Virus record (IMG/VR): IMGVR_UViG_3300037400_001962
Span: 58,702-122,701 of that record
DNA length: 64,000 bases
From: a virus
Lineage: Duplodnaviria > Caudoviricetes
Strand: one strand, 5' to 3'
Shown: in pieces, positions 24,801-33,586 of the stretch
Layout of the letters: the number at the start of each line of letters is the position of its first letter
Numbering within the stretch: the first letter of the stretch is position 1
Notes under the pieces: model-generated
Database searches by the model: none
What the model saw: the letters and a program-made list of their open reading frames with translations, nothing else
What the model was told of the DNA's origin: nothing
Translations under genes and position numbers: made by a program

Positions 24801-26574
24801 GGCTGGTAATGATTATACAAAAGTAAATGCTTCTTTTGATAAAGGAGATCTATAGAATAATATTGACTTACCAATGGTTGGTGATAAAACATTATATTCG
24901 TATGCTTATGGTTTAGGTGCAAATGACGCGAAAGCAAATCATATTACATGGACTCCTATAACTCCCGCTTCTTATAGCAATATTATTGCTACACACGGCG
25001 ATGTACAAACATATGGAAATAGCAATAATAAATACATACAAGTTCAATTTACTCTTACTGCTGATCATCTAAATAGCAATAATGAATCAACTTATCCGTA
25101 TACCATACCTAACGATGACATTGCTCCCGCTACATTTAATATAGACGTTACTGATTTGGTAAGCAGCGGCAGCGGCGATATATCCACTCTGTCTATTGTA
25201 AGCACGGGCAATTTTACCGGGGACGTTCTCGTTTCTCGCGTAGATTCCAATTATTCGGGTTATAACACCAACTCCATCACAACCGATGCGAGCATCAAGG
25301 TGAACGGCACGGCGGTTTCAGGGATGATCCCGATCGACATAACGGGTATCACGAATCAGCTCCGATTGTACAGATACAGTCAGGGAATCAATACCGGTAA
25401 AACCGATACGAACAGCGGGTATGACAGTAAAACGGGTAACTTGTATCTCAGCACAAACTATGAATTGAGATTAGGGACCAAAACAATCATAGACTGGAGA
25501 GATAAATCGTCCAATAACTATGTGAACATTTCCAACTATGTAAGCGGCAGTAGTGGAATTGATATTAATGACGTAAGGCTTTCTATAACGCAAGCGTCTA
25601 ATGCATCTGATTCTTATAATACGGGTGTTACTATGACTGCCGAGTATTTGACCTATGATTCTACTAACGATAGACTCATAGGTTATGCAAATGCTTTTCT
25701 TGACACTGGAACAAACACTGAGCAAGCCAGCAAGCGCGTAAAAATTATCATGAGTGCGTCTAAAAAACCGAGCAGCGGAAGCGCAAGTCATTCAATTACT
25801 AAAGCAACCGGCAACGATTGGACAAATACTACAAAACAATATAACTTTACCGTCAATAATACTGATGCTGGAAGTGTTCGTTTGTATGTGGATGGCAACG
25901 CTATAATGGGCGCGTACGCAAATAGCCAAAACGAATTGTACTCATACGAAACACTGTTTACTATCAGCAGTGGGAGCGTAGGGCAATGGCGATACAACAT
26001 TATGGATAAATCATACGCCGACCCTTTCCTGGTGTGGACTGATGAGGACCCACCTGGAACATTAGACTTCGGATCTAATGTAGACTATATTGATAACAGT
26101 TATCTTCGCGGTATTGTAAGAATACACCACGGATCATATGAACAAAAATATATCGTAAAGATGAATACAGATAGTGTAACGACAGGTGGAGATACGCCGA
26201 GCGGTGGTTCTTACACAAGGACTGGTCAAAACTTCTATGTAGATGAACAATCTTATGACTATGGTTATGATTATAACCGCTCAAACAGTAAAGTAGCTAT
26301 TACTGGTTACGTCGAGGTTGATGGACATAAGGTCTGGGTAAATTCATTTGACATTGGTGTAGGAAGTATTTGGTATGATGGCTATCAAACTGGCGGCGGT
26401 GGAAGCAGTGAAGGAGTAACTATTATTGATGCAAACGGTAACGAGCGAACTTATTATGGCGGTACAGTATATTTAAGTGAAATCGTAAAATCTTCAACGC
26501 AATATGGTACGACATATGCTTACCAATGGGGTGCTAATGGCGAAACACCATACGTTGTAAGCAGATACGCTTAA
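18855..26574 (+). CDS. Large tail tip / Tal-like plus receptor-binding protein, ~2470 aa; exons 18855-24008 and 24313-26574 (TAG read as Gln, group I intron)
   Basis: Track fragments at 18855, 20184, 21219 and 22560 share a frame. Fragments at 24493 and 24874 share a second frame offset by +1, which a 304 nt intron corrects exactly. Tail endopeptidase-like N-terminal half; GRIGGWEI/SIGGWNI repeats. Confidence 0.75.
23001..23027 (+). repeat. In-frame tandem repeat TAGCCAGAT x~3 (QPD QPD QPV)
   Basis: tagccagat tagccagat tagccagtt in the reading frame of the tail tip gene. Confidence 0.85.
24009..24312 (+). ncRNA. ORF-less group I self-splicing intron in the tail tip gene
   Basis: Core motifs AATTGCTGGAAACTCC, GGACAATCAGCAGCGAAGC, GTTCAACGACTAG and GAAGATATAGTCT in order. 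P1 GACGUU/GAUGUC with a U.G pair at 24008, terminal G at 24312, and removal restores the frame. Confidence 0.85.
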
Positions 26575-26644
26575 TTATATTAGGAGGACACCATGAACAT
26601 TACACTTTCAGGCCAACTCATTACTCACATTATCTAAATAAAAT

Positions 26645-26676
26645 AAAAACACAGAGCATAAGCTCTGTGTTTTTTA
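26645..26676. terminator. Bidirectional terminator between the convergent late (+) and early (-) arms
   Basis: AAAAACACAGAGC-ataa-GCTCTGTGTTTTT. Confidence 0.8.
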
Positions 26677-26683
26677 TATCTTA

Positions 26684-27055
26684 TTAAATTCTCTCCGTTA
26701 ATATATCCATCAATCCATCCATAATATTAAAATCAATATCTATATCACCAAATTCATCAATATCAATAGGGTCAATTTCAATATTATTGTTTATCTTCAT
26801 TAGCTCTTCAAATTCTTCTGCAAATTCTTTTGTCTTTTCTGGAGGAATTCTAATTCTACCGTCTTCTTCAGATTCACCATACTTCCGATATAATTCCATC
26901 TGTTCTTGCTGAATTGTATCTGTAAAAGATTGAATAATTTTTTTAATCCTTGCTAATTTATAACTTGCTTTAATGTTTAAAATAACTTTGCTTTCTCGCA
27001 AATTATTTATACTTTGATTTATAGAGAGAATTTGTTGATTTGTTAATTCTATCAT
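26684..27055 (-). CDS. Hypothetical phage protein (DUF1617-like)
   Basis: Intact 123 aa ORF with an SYKLAR-type motif and acidic C-terminus; family call from memory. Confidence 0.5.
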   Translation of the reverse strand: MIELTNQQILSINQSINNLRESKVILNIKASYKLARIKKIIQSFTDTIQQEQMELYRKYGESEEDGRIRIPPEKTKEFAEEFEELMKINNNIEIDPIDIDEFGDIDIDFNIMDGLMDILTERI

Positions 27056-27904
27056 TTAATTTCCTTCTGCCTCCCAATCAATTATCTCCACTTTTGGAGA
27101 CTATATATCACTAAAATATTTCCCGATGCCAATTGCATTAAATCTGTTTAATAAATATAACTCATTTAATTTATTATAATCTTTATAAGATATTTCAATT
27201 AAAGGTATAGAATTTTTCTTACAGTATTCACGTTTTAATTCATCTTTTCTTTGACAGTCTATTAATCTTTCTTCAGTGAATATCCAACCAGTTTTATAAT
27301 GTTGTTTCCCTTGATATTCAATTAAACATATTAATTCATTGCTATCATTAAAGATAGCAAAATCAAAACGCAAATAACTTTTATCTTTTAAATCATTAAA
27401 TTTATACTAAGTTTGAAATTTAATATTTAATTCTCTAAGTAACACACCAACTTTTTCTTCTCCATGAGACTATATACATCCACAAGAAGTGGTAGTCCCA
27501 TCTCGCAAAGAAGTGCCACGAATTATTGCAATATTTCCACACTCACATTGACACTACCAGTAAACTTGCCGTGATTTAGATTTTTTATCTGCTAATTTTA
27601 TTACTGTTAAACGGCCATATTTGTTTCCTGTTTCATCAATAAATTCATTAGAACTTACTCTTTCTTTTTGGTAGCATCCACATGATTTAGTATGCCCAGT
27701 TTTTAATGAATTTGCAGTAGTTACTGCATAATTCCCACAATCACATTTACAAAGCCAAGAACCAATACTGCCATGATTATTAGGATTTGTAACTCTATAT
27801 AAAGGAGTTAATTTATAAAATTTTATTCCAGTTATATCTTTTGCTCTACCTAGTGGGCATTTCTAATATTCAGGATGCTATTTTAAAAAATCTATTTCAT
27901 TCAT
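27056..27904 (-). CDS. Free-standing putative homing endonuclease: two CxCxCG..SCGC zinc-ribbon repeats plus a Vsr/DUF559-like nuclease domain (TAG read as Gln)
   Basis: WLCKCDCGN...KSCGC, WQCQCECGN...TSCGC, LRFDFAIF..LIEYQGKQHY..DELKREYC. Starts overlapping the ruvC stop and ends TAA 27058-27056. Confidence 0.75.
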
Positions 27905-28622
27905 TTTCCCAATCAACTATTTCAGTTTGTGGATACATAGTATCTACAAAATATTTCCCTATACCTATTGAATCTGCAATATCATCAGTTACATTTAAAT
28001 TAAACCATTCTTTAACTAATAACTACATACTGCGTTTCTTATCTGGTCTAGTACGACCTTTTACACCACAATGTAAGCGCCAAGTATTGGTAGGTACAAT
28101 TTTATAATGTACTTTTTCTTCTACACAAGTCGCGGCCAGTATACCTTGAAGGCGCGCGAGCGTTTCAAAAGTAGTGACACCAGCAGTTGACTAATACTAG
28201 ATGCCTTCAAGCCCAACGAAATCTATTTCGTACTAATCAATTAAAGAAATCATCCACTACTTTACATCTATACTTCTTTCAATATCATCATCACCAGAAG
28301 CTATATGACTTCCATAATCAATTAGATTTTTATTATTGAAGACTGCATAGCCACTTGTATGTGTTGCCTAATCAAGCGCGAGAATACGATACTCGCCTTT
28401 TTTCTTTTTAGTATTCCGGAATTCTTTTGTCTTTAGGCGCTCACGCATACAAATTGGGCATATGCGATTTCCTCGGATTTTTTTCCAAGGCGCAATTATA
28501 GTGTGTCCTTTATCGCATTTAAACTCCAAATTAGAATCAAGATTCTAGTATGTTTCACTTATTAGTATCCATTTATCTGGCGCGATTTCAGTTTTTATAT
28601 CTTCGATTGATATGCGGGCCAC
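27897..28622 (-). CDS. ruvC: RuvC-like Holliday junction resolvase with an N-terminal zinc ribbon (TAG read as Gln; absent from the ORF track)
   Basis: GTG 28622 to TGA 27897. Motifs ILALDQATHTSGYAVF, VGLEGIQY, TLARLQG, WRLHCGVKG, DDIADSIGIG; N-terminal CDKGH...CPIC. Confidence 0.75.
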
Positions 28623-28623
28623 A

Positions 28624-29514
28624 TTAGTTCACCCCAGTACTCCCAAAGCCGGCGCCGTGGTCATCTTTAAAATCACCGAGGTCTTCAATTTGACGCCATC
28701 TTACTCGTGGAATTTCGACTAGGCGCATCTGTGCAAAACGCTCGCCTTTACCGATAGTGATTGGGCTTCCATACTTTTTAACAAGTTCTAGATGATCCGA
28801 TGGTTCATAAATATCTACATCTTTTACTCGTTGGTCAGTATTCTCCACGATGACTCCAATCTCTTTATGAAAATCTTCATCAATAAGACCAGGAGTATTA
28901 GCAACACGTAGCTTTATGCGAGAACTTAAACCAGAACGTGGCTGAATAAGTAAACCATATCCATGGGGAATTGCGACTTTAATACCAATAGGAATAATAA
29001 CTGTTTCGCCGCACTCAATTGTATACTCTTCTGGTGAATAAATGTCCATTGCACCCGCGTCGTTAGTTTCATAAGTAGGAAGTTTCGCGTTTTCTCTACA
29101 AAGTACAACTGGAATTTCAACCACATGCGCTGGGTTAATTGTTGAAGAAGAAATTGAATTGGCCGCGCTTGTAAATAGGAACTTGATGAAGTCTTTTTTC
29201 GGCTGACTCAGCTCGACTCCTTGATTGAACAGTTCATCAATAACTTCATCGCTACGATTAACAATATCATCAATAGAAATACCAGACTGAGCGAACATTT
29301 TTACCATCATCATTTGGGCTTGTGGATCTTCATAAGCTTTTGCCATTTCCTCTTGAAAGAGTGGACGAATGATTTCAAAGTCTTTATCAGGCATAGCAAG
29401 AAGGACTCCAAGAATATCAAGACCAGTTGCTTCTGGATTATCAAGTATGTCACCGACAGCTTCAATTGAACTGTCGCTCATTTTCATCATCTGCTCAATT
29501 TTCTCTTCATTCAT
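28624..29514 (-). CDS. dut: Trimeric dUTPase with an N-terminal extension
   Basis: Motifs AGAMDI, QPRSGLS, NTPGLIDEDF, GERFAQM, GFGSTG. Start placed at the second Met (MNEEK). Confidence 0.85.
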   Translation of the reverse strand: MNEEKIEQMMKMSDSSIEAVGDILDNPEATGLDILGVLLAMPDKDFEIIRPLFQEEMAKAYEDPQAQMMMVKMFAQSGISIDDIVNRSDEVIDELFNQGVELSQPKKDFIKFLFTSAANSISSSTINPAHVVEIPVVLCRENAKLPTYETNDAGAMDIYSPEEYTIECGETVIIPIGIKVAIPHGYGLLIQPRSGLSSRIKLRVANTPGLIDEDFHKEIGVIVENTDQRVKDVDIYEPSDHLELVKKYGSPITIGKGERFAQMRLVEIPRVRWRQIEDLGDFKDDHGAGFGSTGVN

Positions 29515-29725
29515 CTTCCCATACCTCACCATAAATCTTTGTTGCAGTTACAATCCAAGCCTCAGCTACAACTTCGCCTTTTGCTTTCTTTGTCTTATAT
29601 TTATATCCATTGGCGCCGAGTGTATAGCCTTCTTTATTTTGATTCGCGCGCAGGTCATTTAGGGCTTGAATTGCTTCTTCTTCTGTATATGCTTTAAATT
29701 CTTCTGTAATTTTAAGCTTCCTCAT
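29507..29725 (-). CDS. Hypothetical protein
   Basis: 72 aa ORF with AGGAG RBS. Confidence 0.6.
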   Translation of the reverse strand: MRKLKITEEFKAYTEEEAIQALNDLRANQNKEGYTLGANGYKYKTKKAKGEVVAEAWIVTATKIYGEVWEDE

Positions 29726-29726
29726 A

Positions 29727-30041
29727 TTAGTCTCCTACACTGTTAAATAGATTAGATATAATATCATTTGCTGTTGTTGATTTTTTACTATTATTATTAT
29801 CACAAGTTATTGTAATTGGATTAGGTTCTGTTGATGGTGAAGCAGTACCATATCTAATTTCACTAGTTGTTATTTGTGGACTATTCCACCAACCTGAATA
29901 TGAACGACCTTGGACGAGACCTTTATTATATCCTTCATCATAGCCCTACTCATATGCTTCTTTTAAGAATTTTTCAAATTCTTTTTTAGACAAAGTAATT
30001 TCATCTGTATTAACATCTATATAAACTACAAAAGGTTTCAT
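29727..30041 (-). CDS. Hypothetical protein (one TAG read as Gln)
   Basis: ATG overlaps the permease stop; MKPFVVYIDV...EAYEQGYDEGY...; TAA 29729-29727. Confidence 0.55.
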
Positions 30042-31261
30042 ATTCTCTCCTTATCTTTTAAAATTAAATTAAATATAATTCCTAACACAACTGCTAAAGC
30101 GGTTCCACTAAGACTAAAAGTTTCTCCGCCAAGAACAATGCCGCTAATTCCAACACTTAGTACAATACCAGAAATTAATAAGTTTTTATTATTATTAAAA
30201 TCTACTAATTGTAATTGTTTAATACCGCTATTAGCAATATAAGAATATAAAATAATTGCTGAGCCACCGCCCATAACACAAGACGGGATTGACGCAATAA
30301 AAGCTTGAACTGGCCCAATAAAACCTAATAAAATCATTAAGATTGCGCATCCAATGGTAGAATAGATACTTGCGCATTTACTAAATCCTATAGTAGCAAT
30401 ACCTTCACCATAACTGGTCGCGCCCAGGCCACCAAAACTACTACTAACTATGTTAGCAATTCCTTCTCCAATTAAAATTTTAGAAATTCCTGGTTCACGA
30501 TATAGATCTATTCCGATAATATTACTTAATGCAGCGTGATCACTAAGAACTTCCATCATACAACTAATACTAAATGCAATATATGTTATAATAATTGGTA
30601 TTACATTAAAATCAATAGAAGTCCATTTCGTAAAAGCAAAATGTGGTAAAACAAAGAACTTAGTATTGTAAAAGCTATTAAAATCAACAAGCCCTAGTGG
30701 TATTGAAATAATATAACCAGCTAGAATACCAATTAAAAAAGGAAATAAAGATAAAGTTCCCTTTAAATAATGTGAAGCCAAAGCTATTACTAACACTGTA
30801 AATAATGCAACTATTAAATTAATTTGAGTATCTCCAATATAACCAGGGATAAAACTCATTAAGTTAATTCCAATTACTATTGTAATAGAGCCAATAAGAA
30901 CTTTAGGGAAAATTTTATAAATATTTTCTACAGATATCTTTGAAAAAATTAACCCAAAAAGAGTATAAACAATAGCCGAAACTGCCCCACCAATAGCTAC
31001 AGCTGTATAACCGCCAACGGCGAGTGCCATAATTACTGGGGTAACGTATGCTCCACTATTTGAAATATACATAGGCGACTTAAAATTTGTAAGTAAAGCA
31101 TAAGTTAAGGTTGATAATCCCGCACCAACGAGAGCCCCGGATACTTCGACTCCACATACTTGAGCTATTAATGTAGTTGCTACAAAACAACTAAGTAGCA
31201 TCTAAAAACTAAACAAAATTAATTGCTTAAAAGGTGGTTTTTCTTTTACGTTATATATCAT
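30038..31261 (-). CDS. uraA: Uracil/xanthine permease, NCS2 (UraA/PyrP) family (one TAG at codon 20)
   Basis: Multi-TM protein. N-terminus MIYNVKEKPPFKQLILFSFQ recovered through TAG 31204-31202; NCS2-like TSYGEGI and IPSCVMGG segments. Confidence 0.8.
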
Positions 31262-31264
31262 TTA

Positions 31265-31786
31265 TTATTCCTCTCTAATATATTTATTTATTTCTTCTAT
31301 TAGTTCATCAATAGTATAAACTATTGTTCCATATCGCTTTAATGCACCAACTAAAAGAAGGTTAAGATAAGAATATTGCGATTCGGCAAATTCATTTAAT
31401 TTTTCATTTTTTAATTGATTAACGGTGTGCGAACATTCGCGGCTATCTGTATAAAGGGCTATAATTTTTTTATTAGTATATCCTTGCTTTTCAATTTCTT
31501 CTTGGCACATTCTTGAAAAATATCCAATTTCAAGAGTAGTACCAATACCGGGGGTATCGCCGTCAACAATTGCTATTACTAAATCATCATGGTCTAGATT
31601 ATTAGTAAAATCTCCTTCTGCGATTTGTTCTGCTGTAGCACATTTAGTTTTATCATTAATAGCTTTATTGCGCTATGGGACATATAATTCAAGATTTGGA
31701 AAATTTTGTTCAATTTGAGTTGCAACTTTTTCATTATAATCTCGCCAACATTCAGCGAAAATTTGTGATGCTAAATAAGCTTTCAT
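31265..31786 (-). CDS. Nucleoside 2-deoxyribosyltransferase-family protein (one TAG at codon 38)
   Basis: MKAYLASQIF...YVPQRNKAIND...DGDTPGIGTTLEIGY...TDSR...NLLLVG matches the NDT family motif order. Confidence 0.75.
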
Positions 31787-32502
31787 TTATTATCTCCTAT
31801 ATTTATATTTTCATATAATTGATATGACCATTTATATCCATATGCATATTTACGTTTGCCTAAGCAAACTGATGATATATTTTTATTTGCACCTTTAATA
31901 TTTAAATAACGTTCTGCTTCTGCTAATGAATTAAAACATGTTAAATATTCTCCGGTATTTAAATCATACTAATAAACAGTTTTTCCACCATTTCGGCCTG
32001 CATTTGGTTTAATTACTTCTATCTTTGGTTCATGTCCCCATGCCCATAACATATCATAAGCAGTTTTATTATTATACTATTTATTTGCAACTCCAGTAAT
32101 GGATTGGCGACAATAACCGGCTCTATCTGCTTCATGTGTAGATGGATAGGTTTTAATTAGAAGTCCAGTTTTTAAATCGTAACAAGAAATTTCTTTATCA
32201 TTTTTGGGATTATGAAAAGTCTCTCCACATTTATTAATATTATACCCATTTGGAGCATATGAATTATATAAGTCTGCATAATATGCTTCCAATTCATTTA
32301 ACTATTCTTTTGGGCATTCAATTAATATATTAAAAGAAAAATTTTCTTCACCATATTTTTGAATAGCCAAATCTATAGCTGAATTATGATTTATACCATA
32401 ACCTGCTTTATGGTCTTGAAATCTATTCGCTATATTTACTGCTTGACCAATATAAACTTTACCATTTATTTTGTTCTATATTATATAAATTCCACAAGCC
32501 AT
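31783..32502 (-). CDS. Free-standing GIY-YIG homing endonuclease with NUMOD1-like repeats (TAG read as Gln)
   Basis: MACGIYIIQNKINGKVYIGQA..R..H, PNGYN, VYQYDLNTGEYL..F.SLAEAER. Confidence 0.8.
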
Positions 32503-32541
32503 AATCTCACCTTATAATAAATCTCTTCCATTTATATATAT

Positions 32542-32570
32542 ATTATATCACAAACGGAAGAGAAAGTCAA
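32542..32570 (-). promoter_or_regulatory. Sigma-A/70-type promoter
   Basis: TTGACT-17 nt-TATAAT with extended -10 TG. Confidence 0.75.
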
Positions 32571-32572
32571 AT

Positions 32573-33082
32573 TTACGATTCTAAATATGTAATTTTTTTA
32601 CCGAGTTCTTCTGCCCATTCAATCTCACTTTTAGTTGATTCGCCAATGTAACCATCTTTATTTATAATAAAAATTTCATCAGCGTCCGCGATTTTTGCTT
32701 TATGAATTTCATCCAGGCGTTCTTTATCTTTTTCATCTATGGTATCGCCGCGGTGGACAAATACTTCTGGCATAGTAACAATATATCCTTTTAAAGTAAA
32801 CTCTTTTGCAACATCAAAAAATATTTCTTTAAAGCGAGTGCTTCCACATAGGCATACTTTGGGAGTTTTAAGAACTTTATAATATCTACCACAATGGCAA
32901 AAACCAAAGTGAACTTGTTCTCTAAAATCTTTGCAAATACATTTTGTATCGTCACTTTTTTCAAATGCACAGCAACAATATCCATCATTTGCTTTTATTG
33001 CTTCTTCAATTTCTTTACGATGAATAAAATCTGGATTTAATTTAATTTCATAATCATTAGAACGCATTTTTATTTTCTCCAA
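32573..33082 (-). CDS. Fusion of a ferredoxin-thioredoxin reductase catalytic-chain-like domain and an NDT/DUF4406-like domain
   Basis: GYCCC...KCIC...CHCGRY cysteine pattern, followed by CLCGSTRF...AKIADADEIFIINKDGYIGEST.SEIEWA. Confidence 0.6.
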   Translation of the reverse strand: MEKIKMRSNDYEIKLNPDFIHRKEIEEAIKANDGYCCCAFEKSDDTKCICKDFREQVHFGFCHCGRYYKVLKTPKVCLCGSTRFKEIFFDVAKEFTLKGYIVTMPEVFVHRGDTIDEKDKERLDEIHKAKIADADEIFIINKDGYIGESTKSEIEWAEELGKKITYLES

Positions 33083-33112
33083 TATCTATTGTTGAATATT
33101 CAAAATATCGCC

Positions 33113-33586
33113 TCAACATATATATTTTGCATACTGGTTATTAGAAGCAAGTTCTACCCCTAAAACCGTATCAAATATATGTGGAGAATTTGGGATAAAT
33201 CTTCCAAACTTTACGATAATATTATTTACTTGAGATAAGAAATTTATTTTATCTTGGGCTTCTTCTTCTTTATAGCCAGTATAAATTATAATTGGGTCTT
33301 TTGAAAAAGCACGGAATACACAAATAAAGTTCCATAACTCTTCCCAACTATCTAACGGTTCAAGGCCGCCGCAAACAATTGCATGGGTTAATGGATTAGC
33401 CATATAGCGATGTATTAAATCAAGATCTTTTACTTCAATTTCTTTTTCGCGCGCGAGTGCGGAATTTTGGCAGATTTGGGAGCCATTTTCCTTATCGCAC
33501 TTAAAAGTGCAATAAGGAAAGATTAAAAACATTGAAGGTTCTTTATAATTACATATATCATATTCGTTTAAACCTTTTAATTTCAT
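33113..33586 (-). CDS. nrdG: Anaerobic ribonucleotide reductase activase
   Basis: CTFKC...CQN and GGLEP, IYTGY, KFGRF, LASNNQ motifs; coupled (ATGA) to nrdD exon 2. Confidence 0.8.
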   Translation of the reverse strand: MKLKGLNEYDICNYKEPSMFLIFPYCTFKCDKENGSQICQNSALAREKEIEVKDLDLIHRYMANPLTHAIVCGGLEPLDSWEELWNFICVFRAFSKDPIIIYTGYKEEEAQDKINFLSQVNNIIVKFGRFIPNSPHIFDTVLGVELASNNQYAKYIC

